Positions 13,009-27,183 of a stretch of 64,000 nucleotides of DNA are shown here, piece by piece; within the stretch, counting starts at the first letter, position 1, and the number at the start of each line of letters is the position of its first letter. A program made the position numbers and the translations under genes. Below the pieces are notes generated by a model. It saw nothing but the letters and a program-made list of their open reading frames with translations. It ran no database searches and had not been told where the DNA came from. Origin of the DNA: Octopus sinensis (Eukaryota); NCBI RefSeq assembly GCF_006345805.1, contig NC_043010.1, positions 19,654,001-19,718,000 of the forward strand. The letters are read 5' to 3'.

Positions 13009-13346
13009 ATTATTATTATTATTATTAGGCAGAAGATTGACAGAATTGTTAGAGCTTTGTAAATAGCATTTTGCAACATTTTTTGGGCTCAGTATATTCT
13101 CATTTCATATCTTGTCAAAATTAAGCACCAGCCAAATGCTTCAAGCAACTTGCCCTCTCCCTACAAAATTTGAGGGTTAAAAAATAATTTATGTTTATAT
13201 AAGAAATATATATTGATTTTTAAGACAGGCACAAGGCCTTAAAAATTAACTAAGGTGTCATTAGTTTTAAGACCTTGATGTACTTTAGCAGGTTGAGCAA
13301 CTTTTATTGGTTTTTGTGTGATGTTTTCAATAAAAATAGAGAAATT

Positions 13347-13640
13347 AGTGGTTAAGGTATTTGGCTGATGGTGGTAAGGTCATGGGTTCAATTCCTGGTA
13401 CGGCATTGTGTCCTTCAGCAAGACACTTGATTTCATGTTGCTTCAGTCCACTCAGCTGCCAAAAGATGAATTTTACTTGTAATTCCATGGGCCAGCCTTA
13501 TCACATTCTATACCACACCGAATTACATTAAAGGTACACGTGTCTGTGGAGCGCTCAGCCACTTGCGTGTTAATTCCACAAGCTGGATGTTCTGCTGATT
13601 GGATCAATTGGAACACTCATCGTAACTGATGGAGAGCCAG
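13347..13640 (+). mobile_element. tRNA-derived SINE family C
   Basis: B-box GGTTCAATTCC and TGTGTCCTTCAGCAAGACAC core; inverted homolog at 29668-29989. Confidence 0.7.
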
Positions 13641-13964
13641 TATAAGAACAGCACGAACACCACAGCACAGTAATTCTATTCATCGATGTTGGATACAATA
13701 GGATGTGAAGCTGGGATCTTGAAAGAAAATAGGGAATCCCTTTACTGCTCCCCACCACACAACTCCAGTCATAATTAGCTGTTTTATATAGCTTATTGTA
13801 ATATATTTGGTGACGGTGACAGATTGATGAAGGACAGGGTATTTCCTTACCCCTGCCACAGGCATAAACTAGCAGCTGCATGTAGATTATTCTGATATTT
13901 GGTTAAGAAACAATGAGGAGGACACCAAACTGAATGTATTCAATTTTGTCTCTCTGTTCTAACT

Positions 13965-14160
13965 TTAACCATTTAGCTTTCAGATTTCTCTGATTTGTTT
14001 ACAATGTTTTAAAGGAATCGGGCATTAACTTGTAGCTTTGAGGTTCCAAGGATGTGGTTGTTTATTTTTAGAATGACATTATAGGGTATGTGTGAGAGGC
14101 TGGATCTAGCCAGTTAGATCATAAAACAGAATATGTGGGCCATACATGGTTGATTAAATC
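13965..14160. mobile_element. TTAA MITE family 2, degenerate
   Basis: Similar to 15995-16219 and 57513-57738. Confidence 0.55.
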
Positions 14161-14489
14161 ATTCCAGTAAAGTTGTTGAATTGTTTAGTCCAAGACATAG
14201 ATCAAGCACTGACTTATGTTAAAAAACATCCCAACCCAGCCATGGCCATCTCATCTAATTATTGAATCTGTTGGACTCTATCATTTAACAGATTGATTTG
14301 AGGTGGTGGTGTTTATTTGCTGCTATTTCTAGCAGGTCAATCAACCACATAAAGGCTTTTTTGTTGTCTTGGAAACAAGAAGCAATGAAGAATTCTCCCA
14401 TGTTAATAGAAATAAACACAAATCAAGGACTGCCTTCCTTATTCCCCCCACCCATCCACCCTCTGTTGCTGAGGAGCAGGGTGGAGAAG

Positions 14490-14900
14490 TGGATTGGCAG
14501 GATCAAGTGTCAGGCAAAATACCTTGTGGTATTTATTCCAGCTCTTATTTTTGGAGTTAAAATTCCACTGAGATCAACTTTGCCTTTCATCTTTCCGAGA
14601 TAAAGTACCAGTCATGAACTGGGGTTGATATGATTAATTGTTCCTTTCCCTTAAAATATCTAACCTTGTGCTTATGTTCCAAGTTATTAGGGTTGATGGT
14701 AGAATTGATAGTGCTAGGCAAAAAGTTTTGAGGTCTTTAGTTACGTTCTGAGTTCAAATTCTGTTGCAGTCAGCTTTTCTTTCATCTTTCAAGGGTTAAG
14801 ATAATGTATCACTTAAGTACTGGTGGAGGTCAATAAATCAGTTAAACCCCTTCCCCTCAAAAAACACAATTTGTGCCTATCTTAGAAATCATTATTAGGG
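14490..14900 (+). mobile_element. Two degenerate SINE family B copies
   Basis: TCAACTTTGCCTTTCATC...AAGTACCAG motifs. Confidence 0.6.
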
Positions 14901-15994
14901 TGGAATGTAGATAAAACGGGGAGCTTCAGCTATAATAGGTGTATTTGAATTGGTAGAAAATGTCTTGAGGGTGGCAGACAAATTACACCCTTTGGAAAGA
15001 AAAATCATTCTTTGAGCAAATTTTTTTTAAAAATGACAAATAGAAAAAATATGACAACGAAGCAATTAGTTATTCTCTCAAGTCCAGACAATCATAATTC
15101 ATCTGAAAATGCAATTTTGCTCAATATAAGGAAAAGTAACAACACCACATGTGCATATGCTTGTCAAATAAAGAAAATAACAAAAATGACAACAGTTACA
15201 TTTCCACACATGCTGTCATTAACCTATAAAATTTTAAACATGACTCACTTAGCCAAAACAAAAATCCACTTGGCAGAGCTGTGTAACCAACAAAGTGCTT
15301 CTTTACCAGTGACTTTCATACAAGAGAGTAGTCAAAGGAAATTACCTAACTCTGCACCACCCAAACTAGAGTAGGTTTCCTGATGCCCTCAAAGAACAAT
15401 TAGACTTAGTTTTGGCCATTTGTGGGGAGATATTGGTGCCACAGTACTTGAATTGGTGAAATATGAGGATCGGAGTGAAGGATATTTGCAATGAACCTGA
15501 CCCTTGTCACCCTCATGGCACAGTTCAGGTAGGAGATAGGAACCAAATAAACACAAGAACAAGATGTCTTAATGACACCAGAAGACCCCATATGGGGAAT
15601 TGATTCCTATCATGAAGGAACTGCAATAAAACTAATACAGAAGGCTAAGATGCTATACATGTAGCAGTAAGGGTTGTTTCAGTTGGATGAACTTCAGAAG
15701 AAAAGGGGGAGCTGTGAGCAACATTGCAATGATTGGAAGAATTACCTCATCGTTGCTCCTAAAATTGGATCAAGGATCCTTACTAGCTAGTTATATCCAA
15801 TCATGTTGGTGACAAAGAGGAGAAGATAAGCAAGGAAGAGAAATGGCAATCTTAACACCACAAAAAAGATGGAAAAGAACCATAAAAGAAAAGAATTGGC
15901 ACGAAAGGGAAGGGAGCAGAATGTCTAAAATGAAATCCATCACCACCATCTTTGTTTTTATGCTTTTTCATAAAGTTATCAAAGTGCTGATGGA

Positions 15995-16219
15995 TTAACT
16001 CTTTAGCATTTCAATTACTCTGTCAAATGTAAGGCTTATTATGATCCCATTATTTTGGATTAATCATGCATTATTATGTAGCTTCAAGATTTTGATGATG
16101 CAACTATTTTTATAATGACAATGTAGGGTAGGTATAAGAGGCTGGATGTTGACAGTTTAAACATAAAACAGGTAGGATATTTGGGCCGTCTATGGTCAGT
16201 TGAGATGCTAAAGGATTAA
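15995..16219. mobile_element. TTAA MITE family 2 (piggyBac-like)
   Basis: Termini TTAACTCTTTAGCAT ... ATGCTAAAGGATTAA. Confidence 0.7.
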
Positions 16220-16919
16220 ATGAGTGACATGAACAGTTAGAAACAGATGAAATGTAGACTTGTGGTTGGGTAGGCTCTGATTATGTGGAATATGTGACAG
16301 CCAGATCATTCAAGAGAAATACCTTTCCTAGCAATATAAACCTGTGTATAAATTACAATGAGTATTTGGTCCTTTTCTTGTCCACTCAAAATGTCCATAA
16401 ATAGTTTTTAGGACAAGAGTTTTTCAGTAGCTGGGTGATGTGCAAAGGGTTGTGAGCATATCTGCTCTGACTCAGGCAGCTGGGTGCTTTCTTTAAATTA
16501 TATCATGTAATTATATCCATTTATTTAATTTGTGTAATTTCAAAGAAAGAAAAGAAAAAAAAAATTCTTTTACTTGTTTCAGACATTGGACAGCTGCCAA
16601 ACTGGGGCACCACCTTGAAGTATCAGATTGATTAAATCAACTGCAGGTTTTTGAAAACCTGGTACTCCTGTAAACGATAAGGTACAGGGACATAACCAAA
16701 CAAGTACGAGATTGGGAGGTAAACACAGGCAAAAATACACACACATTCATGTGTGTGTTTGCACCCAGTTTACACTCTGTAAAGTGGTTGGCATTAGGAA
16801 AGGCATCAAACTGTAGAAACCATGCCAAAATAGATGACTGGGGCTCCTGTCAAACTGCCCAACTCATGCCAGCATGGGAAACTTAAGTGGTGATGATGAT
16901 ATAGCGTGTCTTTGGAGCG

Positions 16920-17868
16920 TCAACTGAGACATGCTGTTTGCAGATGATTGTGGGTTTGGTAACATACTTGGTGGAGCAACCGCAGCACTTCATGGAGAGT
17001 CTCTCAGCAGCCTGTCAAGATTTCAGCTTGACCGTCAATCTGAAGAATAGAAAAGTGCTGCACCAAGATGTTGAAAGCCTCTCTTAATATCATCAACAAC
17101 TGGGAAGGGGAGATAATCCACAAATGCCCATCCCTTGGCTCTGCCATCAGATAACCTCTCTCTTGCGGCTGAGGTGAACAGACATGTTGGATGAACAGCT
17201 TCAACACAAGCTAAACTGACAAGGAGTGTCTTGGAGAATAGTGAACTAACAATGCAATCCAAGGTTGCAATCTATGGAACTTGCATCATCTTCATATTTC
17301 ATTATGGAGGAGAAACTTTGAGCATCTCCTCTCGACAAGAGGGTGCCTTAATGCTTTCCTTATATACAGTTTGAGACAGATTTTGGACATCAAATAGACA
17401 GTGCCACCAACAAGGAGGCTCTAGCTGGGCCATATACACGTCAGTTGGGAGGGTGCCCAAACACCTGCTGCATGGAGAACTGGCCTCTGACCAGAGAATG
17501 CCAGGGTGATTTCATCTTTGTTTCAAAGATGTCTAAAAGAAAGACATGAAGTCTCTTTAAAAAGACTTAGAAAAGTGGGAAGACAATGCTAATGCTTACT
17601 TACTCTCACAGGAGACTGGAACTGGATGAAGGTTTAAAAAGATGAGAAGAGAGACTGAGGTTTGTTGATATAGAAAATCAAAACCAACAGAAACAACAAC
17701 ACCAGGGGACAAAACTAGTGGACAAAACCTTCCAGTGCAGTTGCTGTAGCTTGGACTGTCATTCACATGTTGGTCTCTACAACCACAGCAGATATTGCTT
17801 TGTCTAAAAGACCGAAGCAAGACTTCCCATGGCCAAATCAATGGTTTTGCAAGACCAACAGATGCCTT
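16920..17868 (+). mobile_element. Decayed BovB-like RTE LINE 3' half
   Basis: Translates to DMLFADDC...MESLSAACQDFSLTVNLK (RT domains 5-6) and C-terminal QCSCCSLDCHSHVGLYNHSRYC zinc finger; frameshifted. Confidence 0.75.
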
Positions 17869-18014
17869 CATACATATATCTGTATGTATGTAGACAAAAA
17901 GGTGAAAGCTAGTAGGGCTCATCCAGGATTAGGTTAAGAGTGACTATACTGTATATGTATCTATATAAATCTATATATACATGTCAAGTCTAATTGTGTT
18001 TATGTGCATGTGCA

Positions 18015-18055
<41 letters not shown>

Positions 18056-18372
18056 CATTATGAGTTAGAGGTTGTGCAACTGTCTAAGGGATAAATGTAT
18101 CCTTCTCATTAAAAAAACATACACGAAGAACCTAAAAGGACACAAAAATGTTAACCTAAAGACTTGAACTTTTCCTTTTTCTCCTTTCTATATTCCTCGA
18201 TAAACTCTAAATCATTCTGACAATGTTTGTTAAATGGAATGAGATAAATGCAAAATTACTTTGAAATAACAAACTGAAACAGCTGTAAATGTTCTTGAAC
18301 TACAATTAAACTATGACCTTTTAATACCAATGATCAATTGTTAATTGTTGCTCCATTACTTTTTCTTATCTG

Positions 18373-18413
<41 letters not shown>

Positions 18414-18489
18414 CGTGACAGGTTTCTGAACAGTTTGTTTATTGAATTCACTCACATTGACTGACCTGAGACTCAACAAAATAGATCAT

Positions 18490-18705
18490 CAGTCAAGCAC
18501 TTGGGTCAATGTAATTGACTTATCCCCTTCCCCACAATTTCTAGCCTGAGTTCCAATTCTGCTGAGGTCAGTTTCACTTTACATTGTTTTGGCGGTCGAT
18601 GAAATAAATACCAGTTGACCACTGGGATTGATGTAATCAACCAGTCACCGCTCTTCCCCCGCCCAAATTTCAGACCTTGTGCATATAGTAGAAAGGATTA
18701 TTATT
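18490..18705 (+). mobile_element. SINE family B directly upstream of a splice acceptor
   Basis: Family B core and GTAGAAAGGATTATTATT tail. Confidence 0.65.
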
Positions 18706-18733
18706 ATTTGCCTTTTTTTCACTATTTTCCCAG

Positions 18734-18832
18734 GTAAATATATTGACCAAGGCGCTGAATGACAAGAACAAATATATAACAATGCTGGAAGCTTCTATTG
18801 AAAGACTTGGCCAAATGTTGTCCCAACCACAG
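18734..18832 (+). CDS. RIMBP2-like: Exon, coiled coil ([33 protein letters not shown])
   Basis: ttttcccag acceptor and CAG|gtaagt donor; 99 nt, phase 0/0; heptad pattern. Confidence 0.8.
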
Positions 18833-19586
18833 GTAAGTACGTCAGTCAGCTCCTTTCACTAGGGATGGGCATGTCAGTGAATTTGGCTAACAAGAAATGA
18901 CGGAAGTGGATTGATGAACATTGAGCCAAGATTTGTAGCTTTGACTCAATGCTGCTCTAACAAGCAGGGCTCTAACATCAGTAAGGAGGGGGCACTGTGC
19001 ATTGAAGCCCTCAAGGGTAAGGCTCTGAAATGATGCACCATCTCTACTGGTGAGTTCTTAAGCCTACTTGTGTCTGCTATTTGGAGCTTTTCAACTGGTA
19101 GCACTTGCATCTGCAAATTCTTTGCAAATAAACTGTCTTTGATTACCATAAATACTAAGGTCTTTCTTCTTATTATTATTATTATTATTATTCTCCGTCT
19201 TCTTCTCCTCCTCCTTCCTCTTCCTCTTCTTCTATCAAATCTGACTTCTGTCTGTCTCTGCCCCAGGGTTCCAACCCCGATGCAGGTGTAAGAGAGGAAG
19301 CCATTAAGAAGCTGGAGAGTCAGTTGAAGAGTCTTCAGCAAGAATTGAGGCAACACCATGTGGAAGGTCAACAAAGTCTGACCAGTTTGCGGACACAGCT
19401 TCAGGGTAATACAGACATCACAAACACACAGAAGGTAAGAGATTGAAACTTTGACTTATCCCAGTCTTTTCTCCCCATAACTCCATGCAGAATATCCTCC
19501 TGAAACCATGGTTTCCTTTTTCCCAGGCAACTAATCTTTAACAGTTATGTATATGCATACCCTAAGTAAATGATTATATAATGACC

Positions 19587-19620
<34 letters not shown>

Positions 19621-19947
19621 ATATACATATATATATTATATATATCACCGTGACCGACCAGGCTATCAGATGTTGTTACACATCGCTGGTCACAATGCAC
19701 TTCGCATTGTTTTAGCCTTCAAATGATGCCACCCTGCTGGCTAAGTGAGCAGGCCAACAGAAGAAAGAGTGAGAGAAAGTTGTGGCGAAAGAGTGCAGCA
19801 GGGATCGCCACCACCCCCTGCCGGAGCCTCGTGGAGCTTTGGGGGTTTCTGCTCAATAAACACTCACATCACCCAGTCTGGGAATAGAAACCGCGATCCT
19901 ACGACCACGAGTCTGCTGCCTTAACCACTGGGCCATTGCGCCTCCAC

Positions 19948-20029
<82 letters not shown>

Positions 20030-20365
20030 TATATAAAAACAAACTTTGAGGCACTGAGTGAATTATATTTTACAGAAAATAGAGGAAACATTGAATGCAG
20101 AATAGCTGTAAAAACAGCTTAGAAGACAGGAAAACTGACCAGCAAGCTGCTATGGAGAATCGAACCTTGTACCTCTCAAATTCTGGCTGAGCTCTTTGTA
20201 CTATAAAACTGAGCAACACCTTACAACAGATACTGAAGTTTGAAATGTACAGTGTTTGATTCTCTGTAGCAGCTACAGGCCACTTGTTTCTGTCTTCTAA
20301 GGGTATTTATTTACCCAACCTTCTAAGCTGTTCTTACAGCTATTCTGCATTTGAGATTTCCAGTA

Positions 20366-20398
<33 letters not shown>

Positions 20399-21840
20399 CG
20401 TGTGTGTAACATATGGTATAATTATAAACAGAGCAAATTTGAACTATTTCTCCGCAGATTGAAAAATATGATGACCAACCTTAATCAATTTTTGAACCTG
20501 ATTGAGTTCTCATCAGAGGCGTCTAAATCATTCTGACAGTCTCCATATATATATATTTATATGTGTGTGTGTGTGTGTGTTTGTCCATGCATACATCCAC
20601 CGCAGTACAAACTGAAAATTATGTGCACTACCACCACACACCCACATATACATAAACACATAGATATTTATTTATAGATCCATACTCATACAAAAATAAT
20701 ATATATACACCTGTATACACATATTATAACTTACAAAATATCAGCGAGTGAAAGTATCAATGCTATGTCTTTTACAGAGGCAGAGTTTCCCGCAGTGCCA
20801 TCCACAAAAGCCAACACCTCTGGCACACTCCTACAGTACGACAGATCTCTCCCGGATCAGCTTCTCAGCATCTGACGTAGAGAACTTGTTGAAAATGCCT
20901 TACCCAGTCCGTGCCTGGCCAAGCTGTAGCCACCTCGCTCCGCAGACGTTCTCACGCACCGTCCGCAGGCGAAGTGACACATTCGACCCAAAACTTCTTC
21001 CTGCAGGACAACAGCAGCAGCAGCAACAGCAACATCAGCTGTTACTGCAGAGTAACCATGGTAACATTCCTGTTTCAACCTTACCTGGTTGGTCACCTGA
21101 TAAAACTTCTCTACATCATCTTCAACAACAGCAACCAAAATCCCAGATGCTAGCCCCTAATTCTATATTTGTGGCAGCTTCAGATTACAGTCCAGAGTTA
21201 TTTTCAGCTAGTGGCCACCTCCACCTTGAGATACCACTCAAGGAAGGTGATGTCATTATTAAAAAAGGTCAGTTGTTCATTAATTTACTCTTGTGTCTTT
21301 CACTGGGAGGCAGGGCACAGCTTAAATGATATTTTGTTTGTTTTCAATAGTTCCATTGAGGGGTTGCGTTTGATGTTGATGCAGAATGAAAATGTATTTC
21401 CAGAGCTGTGTGTAGAAGTCTCTATCAACACTCAGAAACAATTAACAAACTTTATTTACTGCACGAAGGGGTTTCTGTGTTGGTCTTTGACAAAATCTGT
21501 CAGCAAAACAATCTATACACAGGGAGAGACATACTCCTGGAATTTATGACAATTTCACTGGTTTATCAATCTGTGGTTGGCCCATCACAACTGAGAAATA
21601 ATTGCTCTCTGTTCGTGGCAACAAAATTGGCTCTTTTAATTGGGCAAATTTTGTCAAGGAATAGCGGATAAGCCATCCATACCTGGATAAAACTCACTCA
21701 ACAAGAACTCCCTTCTTGAATGGACCATGATATCACAAAACTCAATTTAAAAAGGATTTAGATAATCCTATCAGGTGATGCTATTAAGTTAGACATGGCC
21801 TGGACCAGTCTTTTGTTGGAACATATCTAAGTTTGTATAT

Positions 21841-21891
<51 letters not shown>

Positions 21892-24448
21892 GTGTGTGTT
21901 GATGTTTGTTTTAATGTTCAGTTATAATAAAAACAATTTTACATTAATCTGAAGGGCCGCTCTATTCTTTTGTAGAGTACAAATATATTGTTCTTAAGCA
22001 AGAATATTATTAACAGTGATTTCAAATTTTACCCAGTTAAGCCAAGCATACATACATTCATACATGTATGTGTATGTGTGTGTAATATATATACATCTAA
22101 TGTAGGATAAACATTTTTTTTTCGAAAAAAAAAATTTTATCAATGGCCAGCATATTAAAAAATACCTTTAAAGGTTAAATTTATAAATAACTTATAAAAT
22201 AAGGGCAAAAGAAAAATTCTAATGCCAAATATGCCGAAAATAGACAAAATTGTCAATAACCATTATCATATATATATACGTGTATATAATTTTCTATTGT
22301 GCAGGACCTGTTGGTGCTAACGGTTATTGTGAAGCTTTAGTGAAAGGTAAAGTTGGCTTGGTACCATATAAATACCTACACCCAGTCAAACTTGAAACGA
22401 TGACAGCAGAGGAACAGAGAGCTCTACATTTACAGGTAAGTCTCACTCAAATAAAACCACAAACACTCCACTCCATCTCTTCTAAGTCTATCTTGGTCGT
22501 GTCTACAGCCTTATGAGATGATACTCCTATAACAAACACTGTGTGAGTTGAGTTTAGGTGTTTAGACAACGGGTGATCCTTCGATTACATCTTAGTGGAC
22601 CGGACAGTAAGTACCAGGGTGGGGATGGGGGGGGGATGGAGGGGGGGATGGAGGGGTGGGCGGGATTAGCAGCAGAAAGATCTGTTAAAAGTGTAGAGAA
22701 AGATTTTTGCATGCAGCTTTTCAGAGAAAGGTGATTTAAACTAAGGTTCTGAAACAATGGGCTGATGGAAGTGGCTGTTTTCAACACCAGCTTCCAACAC
22801 CACCACAGCCACAACCACCAACCATTACACCACACCACAGTCACCATGACAACTACTACAACAACCCACCCACCATCACCTAACAATCACTGAAGTGTAA
22901 CACATCTTTGAATCGACAATCGTATCACAATCACTTAGTTCTCACTTCATAGTCTGATAAGATTTACCTTAATTTCGCTTTAATTTCTCAGGACTTTCAG
23001 TCAACAGAGATGCCTTCGGCATGATGAGAGACCATTTGCCCAACAGTTACTTCAAATAAGTACTCAAATCTCATACGATGGTCAACCAATGTCATATGGC
23101 TGTCACATGACAGTCAGCCAACAGTCAACGAAACATCACACATGTCACCCAACCTTTATACATCTGTCACTCAAATGTCACCCATCTGTCACTCGACAGT
23201 CATTCAGATAACCTTCAACTGTCCTACTACAGTCTCCTAACAATTGCCCAACTATTTCATATTCACAGTCAATAGTTTCCCAAACAACCACCGAAATGTC
23301 ACATAGGTGTCAACTAGCTGCTGTGCCCCTCTGACCCAACAACCACAAACCCCGACATCGCCCTCACTTGATGTTTTAATATTCATGTTTGTCCATTTAC
23401 TGATTCCATGATTGAATGCCTTCTTTTTTGTATTTCCAGTTCCGTGGTGACACAACAGAAACAAATACAGAACACATAAGACCACCCTCAGAAGTGGCAT
23501 CTTATTTTCAAAAAGCCCACCTAAGTGAGTTCTGTTTTGCTCTCTTTCAACCAGTAATTGCATTCTGATGCACTATTGTGCATGATATTGCTCCTTCACT
23601 GCACAGCAATGCACTATGACACAAAATAATGCATCATGGAAAAGCATGGCTGTGTGGTAAGAAGCTTGCTTCCCAACCACAGGGTTTTGGGTTCAGTCCC
23701 ACTGTGTGTCACCTTGAGCAAGTGTCTTCTATTATAGCCTCGAGCCAACTGAAGCCCTGTGAGTGATATATATGGCCTTCTACAATGGCCTTGGGCTGAC
23801 CAAAGCCTTGTGATTGGATTTGGTAGATGGAAACTGAAAGAAGCCCATTTAATATATGTATATGGAGCCTGGTGCAGCTGCTGGCTTTCCAGACCTCAGT
23901 CAAATCGCCCAACCCATGCCAGCATGGAAAACGATGATGACATTAAACAATGATGATGTGTGTGTGTGTGTGTGTCTCCGTTTGTCTTCCACAACTTGGC
24001 AGTTCAGCAAAAGAAACCGAATAAGTACCAGGGATTGATTTATTTGACTAAAATCTCTTCAAGGCAGTGCCCCAGCAGCATGGCCACAGTCTGAAGACTG
24101 AAACAAGTAAAAGATGCAAAAAATAAAATATGCATCCCTCCCTGTGGTTTATATTAATGTTTTTTTGTTTTTACTACTGTTTTTGTTTACAGCATCCATT
24201 CCAAACCTAACTGGTAACCAATATCTCCCGCCCGAACACGGCAGATGGAACAACAGTGTCAGTAGTACTCCGCCACATACTGCTGTTTCCGCTGCTACCA
24301 CCACATCCCCAACTTCACAGTTTGTGAAGAGACACAGTGGTGGCGGCGGCGGCGGTGGACATATCTCGCACACTCCTATTAAAGGTGAGTACCATTTGCA
24401 AGGAGAGTGGCATGCCTTGATTATTACAGCTGGCTATCTTTCACACAT

Positions 24449-24533
<85 letters not shown>

Positions 24534-24908
24534 ATATATATGTATATATGTATATATGTATATATGTGTATATATTGTATATATGTAATATATATGTATA
24601 TATGTATATATATGTATATATGTATATATATATATATATTGTGTGTATATATGTATATATATATATATATATGTGTATTATAATGTGTATATATATGTAT
24701 ATGTGTATAATATGTGTATATATATGTATATATGTATATATATGTATATATAATGTATATATATGTATATATTATATATATATGTATATATATATTATAT
24801 ATATATTGTATATATATATATATATATGTATATATTATGTATATATATATGTATATATTATATATATATGTATATAATATGATATATATATATATATGTA
24901 TATATATA

Positions 24909-24962
<54 letters not shown>

Positions 24963-25932
24963 GTATATATATATGTATATATATATTATATATATATATA
25001 TGTATTATATATATATATAATATGTATATATATATATATAAATCATTAGGTACATATATCAATAAGAATATTATGTACTGAATTTATATTGAGTGCTCCA
25101 TTGTATCAAAGTATTAATACTATTAAAGTATTTATATATTTAATACGAGTGATATATACATATATAAGATGCTTAAATAATTAATTCAAAACTTTTAAAC
25201 TATCAAATTTATTTTATACATTATATTATATTTTTATATTTATTTATATATATTTTTAATACAATAAGGTCTTTCACACGGGTATATCTTTATGATGAGT
25301 TTGGATATTAATTTCCTTATATTAATAATAATAATATATTATTAAAATATATATATATATATTATATATATATATATATATATTTATCTATCTATCTAAC
25401 CCTCTCTCTATCTTTCTTTTTCTCTTTGTCACTCTCTCTCTTTCTCTCTCCTCTTCTTCTCACTCTCTTTCCCTTATCTTTCTCCTCTTCTTTTCTGTCT
25501 CTCCTCTGTCTCTCCTTTCTTTCTGCCTCTCTCTCCTCTCTCACTCCCTCTCTCTTCCTCCCTCTCCTATTCCACGTGTTTGAATATGATATTTCCACAG
25601 AAAATGGAAGAAAGGATCATTCTGCTTTCCTGTATTCTACAGCTGAAAGTCATGTAGCCACCTTTCACTTCTCTCTCTCTCTCTCTCCTTCTCATTGCAC
25701 ACCCAGGATTGCCTGAAGCACCGTCCACCTTCCGTCTCGAAAGAATAGTTGGAGATAACAGTGTTCTTCTAAGTTGGCTCCCACCAATGATGGATGAGCT
25801 TGACCAGAATAATGGTATGCAGCTAATTGGCTACCGGGTAAGTGGATGCTGGTGTTAAATATCTATCTATGGGTGTGTGTTGACAGATAAACATACATAC
25901 ACTAAATAATGCTATTGTCTGTTGTTGAGCTT

Positions 25933-25968
<36 letters not shown>

Positions 25969-25969
25969 T

Positions 25970-26045
<76 letters not shown>

Positions 26046-26205
26046 GAATGGTTATGTGGTAAGTAGCTTGCTTACCAACCACATTGTTCCAGGTTCAGTC
26101 CCACTGCATGGTACCTTGGGCAAGTGTCTTCTACTAGTGTCTTCTTCAGGCTGACCAAAGCCTTGTGAGTGGATTTGGTAGACTGGAGCTTGAAGAAGCC
26201 CATCG

Positions 26206-26252
<47 letters not shown>

Positions 26253-26915
26253 ATGTTTGTCCCCCCCCATATACACCCACACATCGCTTGACAACTGATG
26301 CTGCTGTGTTTATATCCCTGTAACTTAGTGGTTCGGCAAAAGAGACCAATAGAATAAGTGCTAGGCTTACAAAGAATGAGTCCTGGGGTCGATTTGTTCG
26401 ACTAAAGACAGTGCTCCAGCATGGCCGCAGTCAAATGACTGAAACCGGTAAAAGAGTATATATATATATGTGTGTGTAATATTTTGGACTAATGAGTATA
26501 AATTAATTAGTGTGCTGATGTGTTGAGTAAAGCACTGTCACAGTTTGGGGCTACCTGGTGTCATTTCATGTATATTTCCTTTGGATCTAATCCATATGCA
26601 CAGACTCATTAGTAACCATTGCTCCAAATAACCAACCATTATTATTATTGTCATTATTATTATGATATATATATATAAAGGTGGCAAGCTGGCAGAATCG
26701 TTAGCACACTGGTCAAAATGCTTAACAGTATTTCATCTGCTGCTCTGTTCTGAGTTCAAATCTTGCCAAGGTCAACTTTGCCTTTCTTCCTTTCAGGGTT
26801 CATAGATTAAGTACCAGTGAAATAGCTGCCCTTGTGGCAAAATTTGAAATCATTATTATTATTATTATTATTTTATTATTTTATATTTATATATATATAT
26901 ATAATATATATATAT

Positions 26916-26967
<52 letters not shown>

Positions 26968-27183
26968 TATATATATATAAAGTTAATCCAAACATGAAAA
27001 CACTAAGAGAAAACACAACAACGCGAGGACGTGGAACAAGTATAGTATTATTGGACGCTCAGGAAGGAAGGGAAGAAGGAGGATTTACCTTTTCGAGCGG
27101 AGCTCTTCGTCAGAAACATAGGAAAAGGAAGATCCATTGAAGGGAAGACGGAGGAAAAAAAATCGCTAATGGTACACACGCGG

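Noticed and set aside
15012-15830. 120-aa ORF as a missing exon of the gene
   Set aside because: No clear splice sites or domain; adjacent sequence resembles a decayed retroelement.
24407-25081. Long Y/I/C/V-rich ORFs (also near 10100, 26900, 33300 and 60500)
   Set aside because: Translations of TA/CA microsatellites.
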